Positions 13,512 to 26,885 of a DNA stretch of 64,000 bases are shown here, in pieces. Made by a program: the position numbers and the translations under genes. Origin of the DNA: Cycas panzhihuaensis (lineage: Eukaryota; Plantae; Cycadophyta); contig CM041465.1 of NCBI GenBank assembly GCA_023213395.1, positions 251,727,741 through 251,791,740 of the forward strand, in the 5' to 3' direction. Each line of letters opens with the position of its first letter. The stretch's first letter is position 1. The notes under the pieces were generated by a model. That model worked only from the letters and a program-made list of their open reading frames with translations. It did not search any database and was not told the origin of the DNA.

Positions 13512-16500
13512 CTTTTTTTTTTTTATATGCTAAAAAATAGAAGGGGTTTTAATAGGTCCCCAAACCTTTTATAACAACTGCCTTTCAACTATGGAACAAA
13601 ATAGCCATAACATTCCCATGGCCTAGCATAAATGGACCCGTACTAAACACGCTCAACCTTGACAAATATTAACTTTCCCCATTTTGAGCTAACACATCCA
13701 ATCTAACCAAACTCAGGAACTCCTCTAGGAAGTTCTCTTTCTAAACCTAGTTTCCCTTGTTTAAGACTACCCAGTTAGCAAGCCAATCCATTGTAGCATT
13801 TCCTTCCCTAAATGTGTGCCAAATCTGAGTACTCTACTTGGAACTCATAGCCCTGAGCATCCCTCACCATGTCCACATTATTCCAATTAGACTTTACCTT
13901 CCCTCTAAGGATCTTGGACACGTTTAAAGAGTCTCCTTCTATTATCACATTGTCTTGGTCATCTTCATCCACCATCGCAATAACTTTCTGCATAGCCTAA
14001 AGTTCAATAGAGTGGTTTGTCTGTTGACCATAGTATTTTTCAAAGGCCCATCTTACTGTCCCGTCAGGGTATCTACATAAACCACCCCCTCCAGCCTCAC
14101 CAAGGTTATCTTTAGATACTCCATTATAATTTATTTTCACCTAGTTCTCGCTAGGTGGCCTTTAGGAATACTTCCTCTTTTTAACCCCAATAACATTTGG
14201 GCACCTAATCCCCTAGCCCTCCATTATGCTTCCCTCCACCCTCAGGACCCTTAGCTCATCCAAAGGTTTAAGCATTTCTATTATCACCACTCGAATAATC
14301 TCATAGAGCCTATACTCATCCAGATCCTTCCCTTAGAAGATTCTTTTATTACGATCCTTCCAAATATTCCAGACCCCAACATGCAAGATTAATTTCCATA
14401 GCATTACTGGCATCCTACTCCTGAAAGGATATTTCCACATCATCCAATGCTCTAGTAGGGTCCTAGGAGACACCTAATCTAACCCTAGATTTGACCATAT
14501 ATAGGCCCAAATTCCCCTAGAGAAGGGGCACTGAATACTGATATGGTCCAACAACTCCTCATCCTTCTTGCACAACACACATCTATTCTCCATCGTGAGA
14601 CCATGTCTATGAAGGTTATCAATTGTCAATATCTTATTCTATAAACAAAGCCACCACCTTTAAGATGAGCCCCAACTTCTAGACCCTAGCTAGTAACTCA
14701 TTCTTGCCACACGCCTCCTCCATATAGAGAGATTGGTATCCCTCCTTCACGAAGTACGACCAAGAGGGGGAGTGTGACCAGATTAATGCATTAGCCATAG
14801 GTCTTTTAGGGATATATCGATGACTCAACTTGCTCTTGAGGATCCGGATATTTACCTCCCCCCACTGGGACCCTTGTAATTCCTCAAAAAATCTCCACTT
14901 CCTATCTTTACCCTATCCCTCCCAGTAATCCCTAACTAGCAGACCAAAGATTCTCTTATAGGTAGCTTGCAAGTTACTGATGATAGGTTTATCTTTTAAT
15001 TTAAAGTTTTTGCATCATTTGTCCTCCCAAAACGTGATGCTTTTCTCGTTCCCTAACTTCCATCTCATACCATTAATTAGAATGGGCCTCGAATGAACTA
15101 GACCTTTCTAGATGGGGGAACTAGAAACATCCCACACTTTGTCTTTTAAAAAGTGCCTGCCCCCTAGGTACTTTTTGGCAATGGTATTTCCCCATTAGGT
15201 GTCATCATCATTCGCCTGTATCCAACCCAATTTAGCCAACAAAGCCCTATTAAAGGGCCCTAGTCTTCTTATATTGAGCCCCCCTACCCACCTGGGCCTG
15301 CAAACTTTATCCTAGGAAACCAGATGGATTCTATCCTTGTCCTCTGTTCCAGACCAAAGGAATCTTTTCTAGATGCCTTCTAAGATTGAAATGACCTTAC
15401 TCGGCATCTTGAAGATTGACATCATATAAACTGGAATACTCTATAGTGAGGTTGCCACCGGCTAAATTTTACCCGCTAGACTGAGGAGAGATCCTTTCCA
15501 TCCATCCAACTTCCTTTAGATCCTATCCATAATAGGATTCCAAAGATCCTTGCTCATGTTTCCCACAAAAAGTGGCATCCCTAAATAATTAGTTGGAAAA
15601 AGTCTGATGGGAATCTCCATCTCCTTATTGATCCTCCTCTGAAGTCACTTAAGGGTGTTAATAAAAAAGTAGAACTCTTCTCCATGTTAATCCTTTAATT
15701 TGTGGCTCTCTCATAAGCCTGGAGTCCCATCTTAAATACTCTAGCTTCCTCTAGGGCTGCCTTACCTAAAAGGATGTTGTCATTAACAAACTGGTGATGA
15801 ACGATATTTTCCATGTTGGGTGAGGGCTTCAGCCCAAACACCTAACCTTTCCTTCTGGCCTCCTCAACAACCCTTCCTATAATTTCTGCCAACATAATAA
15901 ATAAGTAGGGGGATAAAGGATCCCCTTACCTAAGTCCTTTGAACCCAGGGGAAAAGGGGGTCGACGTACCATTTATCAATACAGAGAACGAGGGATTGGA
16001 GATGCAACACCTCATCTTATTCCTCTATACCTCATCAAAACCAAAAGCCTGAAGATAATCAATTAAGTAGTCCTACGCCACCTCGTCGTAAGCTTTGGAC
16101 ATGTCAGTTTTCATAATCATGCCCGCTTCTTTCCTACGGTAAACCGAATGAATTATCTCATGGACCACTATTATTTTGTCTATGATTTGTCTTCCCTTCA
16201 TGAATCCATCTTGATTTGGGGATATGATAAGCGACAAGTATTCCTTGAGTCTATTTGCCAATATTTTCTCCAAGATTTTGTATTTAACATTGCATAGACT
16301 TATCAGTCTAAAGTCCTCCATGACTTTCACTCCTTCCTTCTTAGGAATCAACACCAAAAAAGTATCTTACCACTCCTTTAGGATTGTTTTCTTCTCAAAG
16401 AATTCATTCAAGGCCAATTTTAAATCCTCCTTGATTATATCCTAGAATTCTTGGAAAAAGCCCAGGGGAAAACCATCTGGCCCAGGAGCTTTTCCACATC

Positions 16501-18004
16501 CCATATTGAAAATTTCTTTCTCCATTTCCTCTAGAGTAAAGGGTTCCATCAGCCTTCTGTTTCAATTTTCATTGATCAACTTTGGGATAAATCTCAAGAT
16601 ATCCTTTCTTAGATTCAGATCTTGGCATCTAGGTTCTTTGAGTAAATTCTTGAAGTAATCCACTGCTATGCCTTTAATTTGTTCTTTCATCTCATAATTG
16701 GCTTCATCCTTGCTACACAACATATATATTCTATTATAGGACCTATGTTTCAATGTAGACATATGAAAAAACTTAGTATTTATGTCTCCCTTCGAGAGCT
16801 AGAGCGTTCTAGATTTCTGTTTCCAATGTATTTCCTCCTTAGCCAATGCATCTTCCAAGTTCTTTGTAGTCGAACATTCCAACTGATCTAGAGAGATGGT
16901 CCTACCTTCCTCCTGGATCCTCCCCTCTACCATATTAAGCTTTTCCAAAAGTCTACCTTTGACCTCAAAAATGTTATTGAAGACTTCTTTGTTCTAGACT
17001 TTAATCTGTCTCTTAACCCAATTTAACTTTTCAGAGAATCTGAATATAACATGCCCCACCATAGGGATACTCTACCATTCCTTAACTCAGTCCCTAAGAT
17101 CTAGATGTCTTAGCCACATAAGTTCAAACTGAAAGGGGGGCCCTTGGTGAATACTTAGAGTATTAAACTTTAGCATTAGGAGAGAATGATCAGAGGCCAA
17201 CTTTAGGAGTGCCTCTAACTTGATGTCCTCATGGAGACTCATCCATTCATAATTGGTTAATATCCTATCTAACTTTATCTGGATGTAATTGTTCCCCAAT
17301 ATCTTATTTGACCAAGTGTAATTGACCCATCTGAGTAGGATATCCAATAGCTCTTCTCTCTCTTAGAAGTCCCCCAGGTTTGACATACTCCTTGACCAAC
17401 CCTCTTGACCCCCTTTCTTTTCACTCAGATATAGAGTCAAGTTTAAATCCCCCACCACTAACTAGGGGCCCTTCCAGTCTTTGTAGACATCCATAATCCT
17501 ATCCCATAGGTTCTTTCTTACTTCTATTGATGTAAGAGCATAAATATTAGTGGCCCACCATTGAATGTTTGTCCTTCTATACGCAAATCTGATAGTCATA
17601 AAGTGATCTTCCTGGAACACACCTAACCTCTGCCAAAATCTTGGGTCCCAAAGGATAGCCATACCACTCGAGCCAAGAGATCCTTCTTTGGCCAACATTT
17701 CACCCTTCCTCCAAATCTTATATTTTGTCTCTAACTCCTTAGCCTTCTCAAACTTCATTTCCTACAATAACATAATGTTCCATCCCATTCTGATTCTCCA
17801 ATCCTTAATAATTCTCTACAAAGAGGGGGCATTTAGGTCCCTAACATTCCAGGATAAGATCCTCATGGTAATCCCTCGACTCCATCCCTAAAGGGTCATC
17901 TTTTACTCCTAAGGAATGGGCCTTCAATCACCCCTTCCTTAAGGGTACCCTAATACCCTTGATCAATTTGGGATACAGTTTCCCTGTCTCGAATCACTTT
18001 CTTA
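13512..18004 (-). mobile_element. L1-clade LINE, 5'-truncated just upstream of ORF2
   Basis: Poly(A) tail seen as T12 at 13513-13524. TSD TCCATACATTTGAC at 13498-13511 and 18005-18018 (17 bp with one transition). Higher GC than the flanks. Confidence 0.95.
13640..17866 (-). pseudogene. LINE ORF2 relic: APE endonuclease - RT - zf-RVT - RNase H
   Basis: Starts MRILSWNVRDLNAPS at 17866; EN C-terminus KLDRIL...SDHSLL (17087-17347); RT LIPKK...FRLISLCNVKYKILEKILANRLK...KTDMSKAYD (16073-16357); RNase H VIIEGDSLNV (13808-13993). Confidence 0.92.
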
Positions 18005-18977
18005 TCCATACATTTGACTTATAAGTATAAACCCATAGCAAATAAATCCTCCACTAAAGTATAAACCATATAAATCTAACATTGTAAGTTTGAACTTCTC
18101 ATAAATAAACATCATTAACTAAGGACATTGTTACATCTTCCTAGAATTTTGTTAGATTAAAAATTTTAAATAACAAAAAGAATCTATTCTTTTGTTATAC
18201 TATAAAAATTAACCAATCTCATCTCTTAATGCCCATCCTCACCATTGTGAGTCATTTTTTAAAAGAAGTGAATTTGAGAGTGATGCACCAACACACCACA
18301 CCAAATATAAAATACTATGGCATTGGTAATTGTTGTTGGGTTGGGTTTAATGAAGCTTAATTTTCATTATACTCTTTAGAGAAAAATCTTAGAATTTTTC
18401 TCAATACACATCTTAAGAATTCATACATATTTAAAACATAATTATCATTCATATAACATTTAAACAATTCACATCCATAAGGCTTAAGAATTTAATAAAT
18501 GATTTCTCATCACGGTAGTTGTTTTGTCACGAAGCATACATTGCAATATTGAGCATTCATCTCAATACTTAAAATTATAGTACTCATGACCCTCGATGAA
18601 TATTCCTTAGAATAATTTGTATTCATATTAGTGGAGAGTTTATAACATTAATTTATAAAATTAACCAAATTCACTAGTAGAATTAAGTTATAAAATATAG
18701 TATAACCTTGGCATAACCAAGCATTAATCTTATTTTATGGCAAATATTTAGTCAACTCTAACACTATTTCTAGCTATGAAAATCATTTCATACATGCATT
18801 TTCTAGCATTCCAATTGAAGACAATTTTAGTACAATGAATTGGCCTAGTTATTCTCTCTAGGTAAAATTATTTTCAACCTAATACATCTTTCATAGCAAG
18901 TAGTAGCACTCAAAATCTAGCCATAAACTAGCACAAACTTCTCACTATTAAAATTATGTCTCTATCTATCTATTGAT

Positions 18978-19039
18978 ATGTGTGTGTGTGTGCATACACA
19001 CATGTGCATGTGTGTATGCGTGCATATATATATATATAA
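18978..19039. repeat. Compound (TG)n/(TA)n microsatellite
   Basis: Directly visible TG, CA and TA dinucleotide runs. Confidence 0.85.
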
Positions 19040-19299
19040 TATTTAGAATTTATATTTGCATAGTTACCAAGATCCCAATCTAGTTTTTCTTGGTTTACCT
19101 ACTAGACAAGTATCTTATGCATGCCTTCACCACTAGCCAACACATTGATGTACAATTGTCAATTGTTATAAGGGAAGCAATGTGTAGCTACCTATTAGTA
19201 AGAACCAACTTCATGACAAATCATCCATACTGGTACCTAATTCCCTAGTTTTATTAAACTAGAGAAAACATATAAATATATATTACACACTTCATGCTA

Positions 19300-19530
19300 A
19301 TATGATAACATAATAATCACTTCATTAATTCCCATGCCAATTCCTCCTCTTAAGCATATCTAGGTTTATGAACCCTAAGTTGAACAAAAGGGTTTCCTTT
19401 TGGAAGCATTTGTATAGCAAGAAATTATTAGATAAACATTTATCCAACTTGTTCAAAATAATTTTAGTTATATGTAATAAACTTGCTTGAATTTGTACAT
19501 TCGCCTTAGTAGGCACATTACACAAGATGT
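19300..19530 (-). pseudogene. Very degenerate Gypsy gag-like fragment
   Basis: ORF 19325-19525 (CNVPTKANVQIQASLLH) resembles the gag N-terminal 'YxVPxxxKVxIASxH' region and shares TTCATAAACC with the 60.2-kb gag relic. Confidence 0.35.
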
Positions 19531-20651
19531 TTGGATTTGTTTAAAAGAGGGTTATTATTGGTATGCTAGAAGGGTGAGTAATACCATGAGCACTCATCAT
19601 TGACATAGAACCTTAGTATGATATGGGGGTGAATAATGGCCTAGCTTAGAATATATATCAAACAAGGAGAAATAATGATTTAAAAGATGAGAATTGGATA
19701 TGACAAGGATTAGGTGATTAGAGGAAATTAGGGACCTACACAAAAGGAGAATACACATATTAAAGAAATATATTTTAACACTTTAAGGTTGAGGGCATTG
19801 GTACCTAGATATGTGTGCATTAGATTTAGTGATTAGTTAATATATGCTAATCTTCTCTTTATGGATAATCCTTTCTTTTGATTAATCCTTGATTAGAAGG
19901 AGGATATATAAATAAATAATATAAGACTTCCAAAATATAGTAGGTGGGGTGTGGCTTCTACAAAGATGATGAAGATATATAATAAAAGAAAGGAATTCAA
20001 AGGAAATAATAAATAATACTCAATTTGAATTGGAGGCCAAATATTCTTATTATTTTGTTGATTATTAGAAATGAAAGATATAATGCAATAAGGGTAAAAT
20101 GGAATTTTGCTCATATGAAATGGTGGAAACTTGATGAAAGTCTCTCTTATTCTCTAAATACTTATATAGACATGTTAGACGATGGTATAATAATGAGGAA
20201 ATCATTGGAATATGGATGTATTTTACATGTCATTCTTACCATGGAAAATCAATCTATGATTATGTTGACCAACTAGGGCCAACCCTTGAACATCTGTACT
20301 AACTTCAAGTGGAAGGTGAATCTCAGTGGAAGCATCATCCAATTATACCCATGCTTTAAGGGTAAAGCATGTTGAGAGGGAGGATTGTTATATACTTGCC
20401 CCTCTTAGTAGATTAAGACCCATTTGAAATTATAAATCAAGTTATGAATCATAGAGTATGACATAGATTTTCTCATAAACTCTAAAATGAGTGGTTGTGG
20501 GCCTCAAATAAATATTGTATAAGAAAGTTAGACAAGTTTTAAGTTTGCAATCTTAAATATAGATTATTAAAGGCCAACTTTATCTGAAATTATTAATTAT
20601 TTTTATGGTCAGCCCTAACCTAAAATAATTTTTAATTTGGATGAGTAACGA

Positions 20652-21376
20652 TGATGGGGAGGTGTAGAATTAGATCCTTCAATGATTCATTTATGCAAGA
20701 AACAAGAAGATTTCGAGAAAATAAAACCCAACACTTTGCAAGAACACCTTTCTTCAATATTTTATCTTCATTTCAAAATTTGAAAAAAAAAAAAAAAAAA
20801 ACTAAGTTTTTATAATTTAAGAGTACGTAAATTTGATGCCTCTAACAATGTAAAATCCTAACTACCATCCCATAAAATTACACAGCTAATTTGGAGAAAA
20901 AAACTCTCAAAGTATAAACTTTCTATTTTTAGTAAAATCTTAACTATTATTATTTTTAGTAATTTTTTTAAAAGACCTCTAATTCACTTAACAAAAAAAA
21001 GAAAAAGAAAAAGCAAAGATAGTTAAACATATAATGGGTCTTTAACATCTTAATTACCTTTTGTTTTAAACATAATTCATATCATAAAAATTATATCTTT
21101 ATCCTTTTTTTTTTTTTACTTTTACATAGTTGGAATTAAAAATGTAAATTTGAGGCCCTAAATGACTTTTTTTTAAAATAGTTATACATTGATGCTTATG
21201 GTAACCATGTGTACATGATTTTTACTAAAAGTTGTAGATCACATCCTAAACTTTATTTTTCATATATGATTCGTCAAAAACAAGTTAGAAATAAACATCA
21301 TATATTAATTTTAGTACAAGTGATTTTATTTTATTTATTTATTTTTTCCATTAAGAATATCTATACTCCTACATTA
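20652..21376 (-). repeat. CRM trimer LTR A (3'-most)
   Basis: TGATGGGGAGGTGTAGAAT...CTACATTA; reverse PPT GTCTCCTCTTCTT follows at 21377. Confidence 0.85.
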
Positions 21377-21419
21377 GTCTCCTCTTCTTGAAAAGAACTT
21401 AGCTCTTGTGAGTTACTAT

Positions 21420-24400
21420 GCTAGAATTCATATTGTTTGATTTCTTTAATTCACCTTTAGAAATCTAGGCATTATCCTCCTATTGTATGCCTTTCCACTA
21501 AACCAAATACCTATTATAATTGTCCTATCTTATATGAACTATTTTAATATCTAATACATATTCAATATCTTCCTTCTTCTTCCTTAGTGCCTACTACCTC
21601 TAATTTATCTCTTCTTCCTTATCTCTTATCTCATCATCTCCTTCATAAAAGGTGTATAAATAGAAAGCATTTAATGTAGGTGAAATATTAAGGTTATGAG
21701 ATAGATTTAACTCATAACTATTATCCTTAATTTTCTTTATAATCCTACATGAATCTACCTTCTTATATTTTAACTTGTTATATGTACTTTGAGAAAATAT
21801 ATCCTTCCTCAAGTAGACCATTACTAAATTGCCTTCTATAAATACCTTACTTCTCTTGTTTAGATTTGTCACCATTTTATACTTATCATCATTGTCATAA
21901 AATTTTCTCCTTACCTCATTATGCACCTAATGTATATGCTCTATGAGACCTCTACATCTTCATTTATCTTATCTTTAATGGGTAATTATACCAAATATAA
22001 TACTCCCTTAGGATTCTTATCATATATAATTTGGAATAATGACTTACCAATCGAGCTATTCACAAGGATATTATATGAAAGCTTAACTTGTGTTAATACC
22101 AAGTCCTATTACTTGGGATTCTATCTAATAACACATCTTAACAGGTTACCCAAATTCTATTTACCACCTTTATCTATCCATTAATCTATAGATGGAAAGC
22201 ATTATTGAATTCTAACTTTGTCTCTAACTTCTTCTATAATGTTCTTTAGAAATGATTCAAAAACTTATTAACTATGTCTAAAGTAATAATCTTCAACATC
22301 CCATGCAACCTTGTAACCTCCTTAAAAAATAAATCTAGTATCCTTATTACGTCACTAGTCTTTTTACATGTAATAAAATGAACTATTTTTGAAAATCTAT
22401 CCACAACAACAAATATGGAGTCATTACTTCATTAGGTGTTTGGTAATCCTAATATAAAGTCCATGCTCAAATTTATCCATGGTCCTTCGAGCACTAGTAA
22501 AGGCATATATGTCTAAGGTTTTGTTCATGTCCTTTGGCTACTTGAAAAATCGTATGCATTACCACATACTTTACCATATGCCACTTCACCTTTTTCTAAT
22601 ATTATTTCTCTTCTACCAAAGTTATAGTCTCGTTTCTGCCAAAGTATCCTCCAAGACCTCCATTATGCAATTCCCTCATAATGTTATCCCTTATGGACCC
22701 AACTAGAATGCATAATTATTTTCCTTTAAATAGGTATCTATCTTGCATGAAATAGTCATCATAATTAGACCCAATCCTATTAACTAAGGGATTCTTATAA
22801 TGTTCTACAACTTTACCAAAATTTAGGTCAATATCATATAAATCTTTTAAAGCATCAAATCTTAACACTTTGCTCACTATAGTGGTCACCATTACCACCC
22901 TCTTGCTCGATTAATTTGCCACCTAGTTTTGCTTCCCTAACTTGTGCTTTAATATGAAGGTAAAGCTTTGCAATAATGAAATCTACTTAGCATGTCTAGA
23001 ATTTAAATTCTTTTCAATGTTGACATACCTCAATGCTTGATGGTCAATAAACACAATAAACATCTTAGGCATGAGGTAATGCCTCCAATGTCTCAAGGTT
23101 TGCACAATTGCATACAATTCTATGTTGTAAATAGAAGATCTCTTCCTTATCTCATTCAATATTTCTTTGTAAAATGTAATCAACCTTTCCTCTTGACTTA
23201 ACACACCTTCAAAAGCAATATGGAAGGCATCACAATCAACCTTAAATACTTTTCTAAAATCTAGTAGTGCTAATACTAGTGTCTATGTCACATTTCATTT
23301 CATTATTTTAAGACTCCACTATGTTATCTTAATATAGACAAGCTCCTTACCCTTTTATACAATTTATCACTGGTGTAATAATACTACTAAAATTTGTGAT
23401 AATTTTCCTATAAAATGTGGCTAATCCATGGAAGCTCCTACCTCAATTACACTCTTAAGTGTAGGTCATTTAATAATGCCCCTAATCCTCTCCTAAACCA
23501 TATGTAATCCATCTCGAGAAATTATAAATCTCAAAAATACTAGACTAACTTTAATAAACTTGTATTTCTTTAGGTTCACATATAGGCTCTCTTCCCTTAG
23601 TACATATAATACCATCCTTGAATGTATTAAATGCTCCTCCTTAATTTTTCTAAATATAAAAATATCATCAAAATAAACAACTATATACTTGCTAATATAT
23701 GGTAGAAAAATAATGTTTATTAGTCCCATAAATGTGCTCAAGGTGTTTAACATCTTGAATGGCATAACTAATAGCTCATACAACCCACCTCTCATTTTGA
23801 AGGTAGTCTTCCATTCATCTCATTCTTGGATGTGAATTGGTAGTAACCATTCTAAGGTCAATTTTGGTGAAATAAGATATGCTTGTCAAAACATTTATCA
23901 TGTCATTCATGTAAGGGATTGGGAACCTGTACTTAATTATGATTTTATTGATTGTGTTAGAATCAACATCGGTCCTCCAAAATCTATCTTTCTTTAAGGT
24001 CTAAAGTGTAAGAGTCACACATGGAGTCAAGCTTTCTCTTACCATCCATTTCTTTAATAACTCACTAATTTACCTATTTAATTCCTCATTCTCTATTAGG
24101 CTCATTCTAGAGGCTACTTAATTTGGTAGAATAGATCTTGAAATCAAGTTACTATGATGTTGAATGTCCCTTATAGGTGGCAACCCATCCAACAACTCAC
24201 TTAACAATACATGTGCATACTCTATTAGTATGCTTACTTCCTCCTCTAGTACTTGTGCATCTTCTTCCTCAACCCTTCTTACCATCAATCCATAATAAAT
24301 ATTAGTTTGCTTTACTTATCTCATAATTTTTTTTGCATTATATATACTCTCTTCTTACCCTTCTTATTTCACAGGCAACAACACCACCTTTACAACATCC

Positions 24401-26050
24401 TTCCAAAAGGTATAAATATTCTTCCTTCTATCATGATAGACATTCCTATCATATTGCCATGGCCTCCCCAATAACATATGACATACATTCATTGAAAGAA
24501 CACCATACCATAACTCATCTCGATATGTATTCTCAATGGTAAATTTTAATAAACACCTCCTATCCATAGCCACTTCACTCTATTTTTTCACCTAATAAAT
24601 TTGGTAGGGGGTAGTGCCTTTCACAGTGTAAGCTAGGCCTTCTTACTATCTCACTAGAGACCATATTCTCATAACTTCCATTATTAATAACAACTTTGTA
24701 AACCTTACCTTTAGAGGTGCATCTCATCCAAAAGATATTATTACATAGCCATGAATTATCATTAACCTTTTCTTTCACTTTTTCTTATACATATCCTTAT
24801 TTCGAAGCAATCTAAGTGCTCAATATTAAGTTCACCCATATTGTCTTCTACAACTTCTACATGTTGTTCCTTAGCTTGAGATAAATTTATTCTTAGCCAC
24901 TCCCCATAATTTCATTATTATTCATAATAATAAATACATTCATATGGCTTATAATATTCTTTATTTCATCTGAAGCAAATAATAAGCCTCCTTAGTATAT
25001 TACCTTCTCTGCCAAAGCCTCTACCCCTTTGTGCTCCTTAGAAACCTCTACCTCTTGGGTGGGTTTAGAATCCTTTATGCTTTTGTCTCCTTAAGGATAT
25101 ACCCTACCTCATATCATCTTGCCTCTTCATCTAATTATATGACTCCTTATGAGAGTAATTAGAACCACCCCACCCATACCTCCCATACCTCTAAATAAGG
25201 GTAATGGACCCTTTCTTATCATAGGTGATTTTTTAATATGATTTCTATTTTGTTTTTCCTATGGATTTAATGTAAATTGGTGAATGTATTTAACATTATT
25301 AATGCTAAGAATGTTTAATTCATCTTGGATGAAAATATTTATACCATTACCATCCTTGATAGTAATTTGTTCTTCTATTTTCTTATGCTCCACCTTAATA
25401 GACATCTTGTAAAAATCATCCTTATAATCTTGGACACTTAACTCTCTCTACCTCAAGTTTTAGAAATTTCTAAATAATAGTTGAGAATAGTCCATAGGAA
25501 AGAATTTCTCCTTTATTCTTACCATCTTATTCCAAGTTCTAACCTTATCCTTTTCTTTTTTCACTCTCTCCTTTTATAGGTGATCCCCCCATAAAATTGC
25601 TTAGCTCTTTAATTTAGTATATGCAAGTTTTACTTTATTTTCCTTTGTTGTTTCTTTCTATTTAAATGATTTCTATGTGATGTTTAACTAATCAACCAAC
25701 CCTTCAAGCTTTAAGTTGCCTCCATACTCTAGAACATCGATATTAACTCCATTATTCTTTTCTTCTAATGCTCTTAGCATTCTCTCCTCATAGGATGGTG
25801 GTTATTTAGGTCTCTCTTTCTCATGATATACTCTATTTTCATATTGTTTTTATATCATTGTAATGTTTTCTACCTTGTTTGTTCCTTAAGAGGGTTTCTT
25901 GTTATCTCACTACTACCTTAACAAGTTTTCTACCCTTCTTTGTAACTCTTGCATTCTTCTATTCAATTCTATAGTCCTCACTCTAATCATCGTGTACCTC
26001 AAGTTATTTACTTTCAACTTACAAATACTTCTTAATCTACCTCCAATAAT
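21420..26050 (-). pseudogene. CRM unit 1 gag-pol relic with C-terminal chromodomain
   Basis: Protease RCTSKGKVYKVVINNGSYENMVS...CHMLLGRPWQYDR; RT GLYELLVMPF...VVYFDDIFIF; RH ELYAIVQTLRHWRHYL; INT GNLVMVYLRKD...YNKLKYKKV; chromodomain EYVLDIK...RYLV*WKG..*EDNA*I at ~21460-21570. PBS (reverse) at 26135-26146. Confidence 0.9.
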
Positions 26051-26148
26051 GTTTAAACAAAATTCTAAAAGAAAGCACAAGACTAACCACTAGTTTATTA
26101 TAAGCTTCTTTCTCTCCTCCTAAAGTTGAACCATACTCTGATACTAAA

Positions 26149-26810
26149 TAATGGGGAGGTGTAGAATCAGAAACTTCAACAATTCATACATGCAAGAAAT
26201 AAAAAGATTCAGAGCAAAACTATATCAACTCTTTCTAAGAACACTTTTCTTTAATAATTTATGTCCCCTCTACCACTAAGACTACAGAAGCTTCCAAAAG
26301 AAAATTTATATAAAGAACTATTGTTTGCTACAATTGAAACTACATAAATTCAAGGCCTCAAACCATGGAAAATTCTTAATTATCATCCCCTAAAATTAGG
26401 CAGATGATTTGGGACAAAAAAACTCTCAAATTAGAAACATTATATTTTTAATAAAATCTTAATAACTCCAACTTTTAGTAAATTTTTGAAAAGATCTCTA
26501 ATTTACTCAAATAAAACTTAATATAAAGATAGATAAATATGTAATGGGCCTTTAACCTTCTAATTACCTTTTCCTAAACATAATTCATATCTTAAAAATT
26601 ACATCTTATATTTTTTTCAAAGTTTTTATATAGTTTGAATTAAAAATATAATTTTGAGGCCCTAAATATCTTTTTTTTAGAAAATAGTTACACATCCATG
26701 CCCATGGAAACCATGTATGATTAGTTTGTATTGAAAGTTATAAATATCATCCTAAATTTAAATTCATATATGATTTGTCAAAAAAGATACATTAATTTTA
26801 GTGTATGTGA

Positions 26811-26858
<48 letters not shown>

Positions 26859-26885
26859 GTTAAGGATATAGATGCTCTCGTATTA
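26149..26885 (-). repeat. CRM trimer LTR B (shared by units 1 and 2)
   Basis: Preceded by the reverse PBS ACTCTGATACTA and followed by the reverse PPT ATCTCCTTCT; colinear with LTRs A, C and D. Confidence 0.88.
26815..26856. repeat. Perfect (CA)21 microsatellite inside LTR B
   Basis: Directly visible; absent from LTRs A, C and D. Confidence 0.95.

Noticed and set aside
19793-19806. Reverse PBS-like GGGCATTGGTACCT
   Set aside because: Only about 9 of 13 bases match and no adjacent LTR could be defined.
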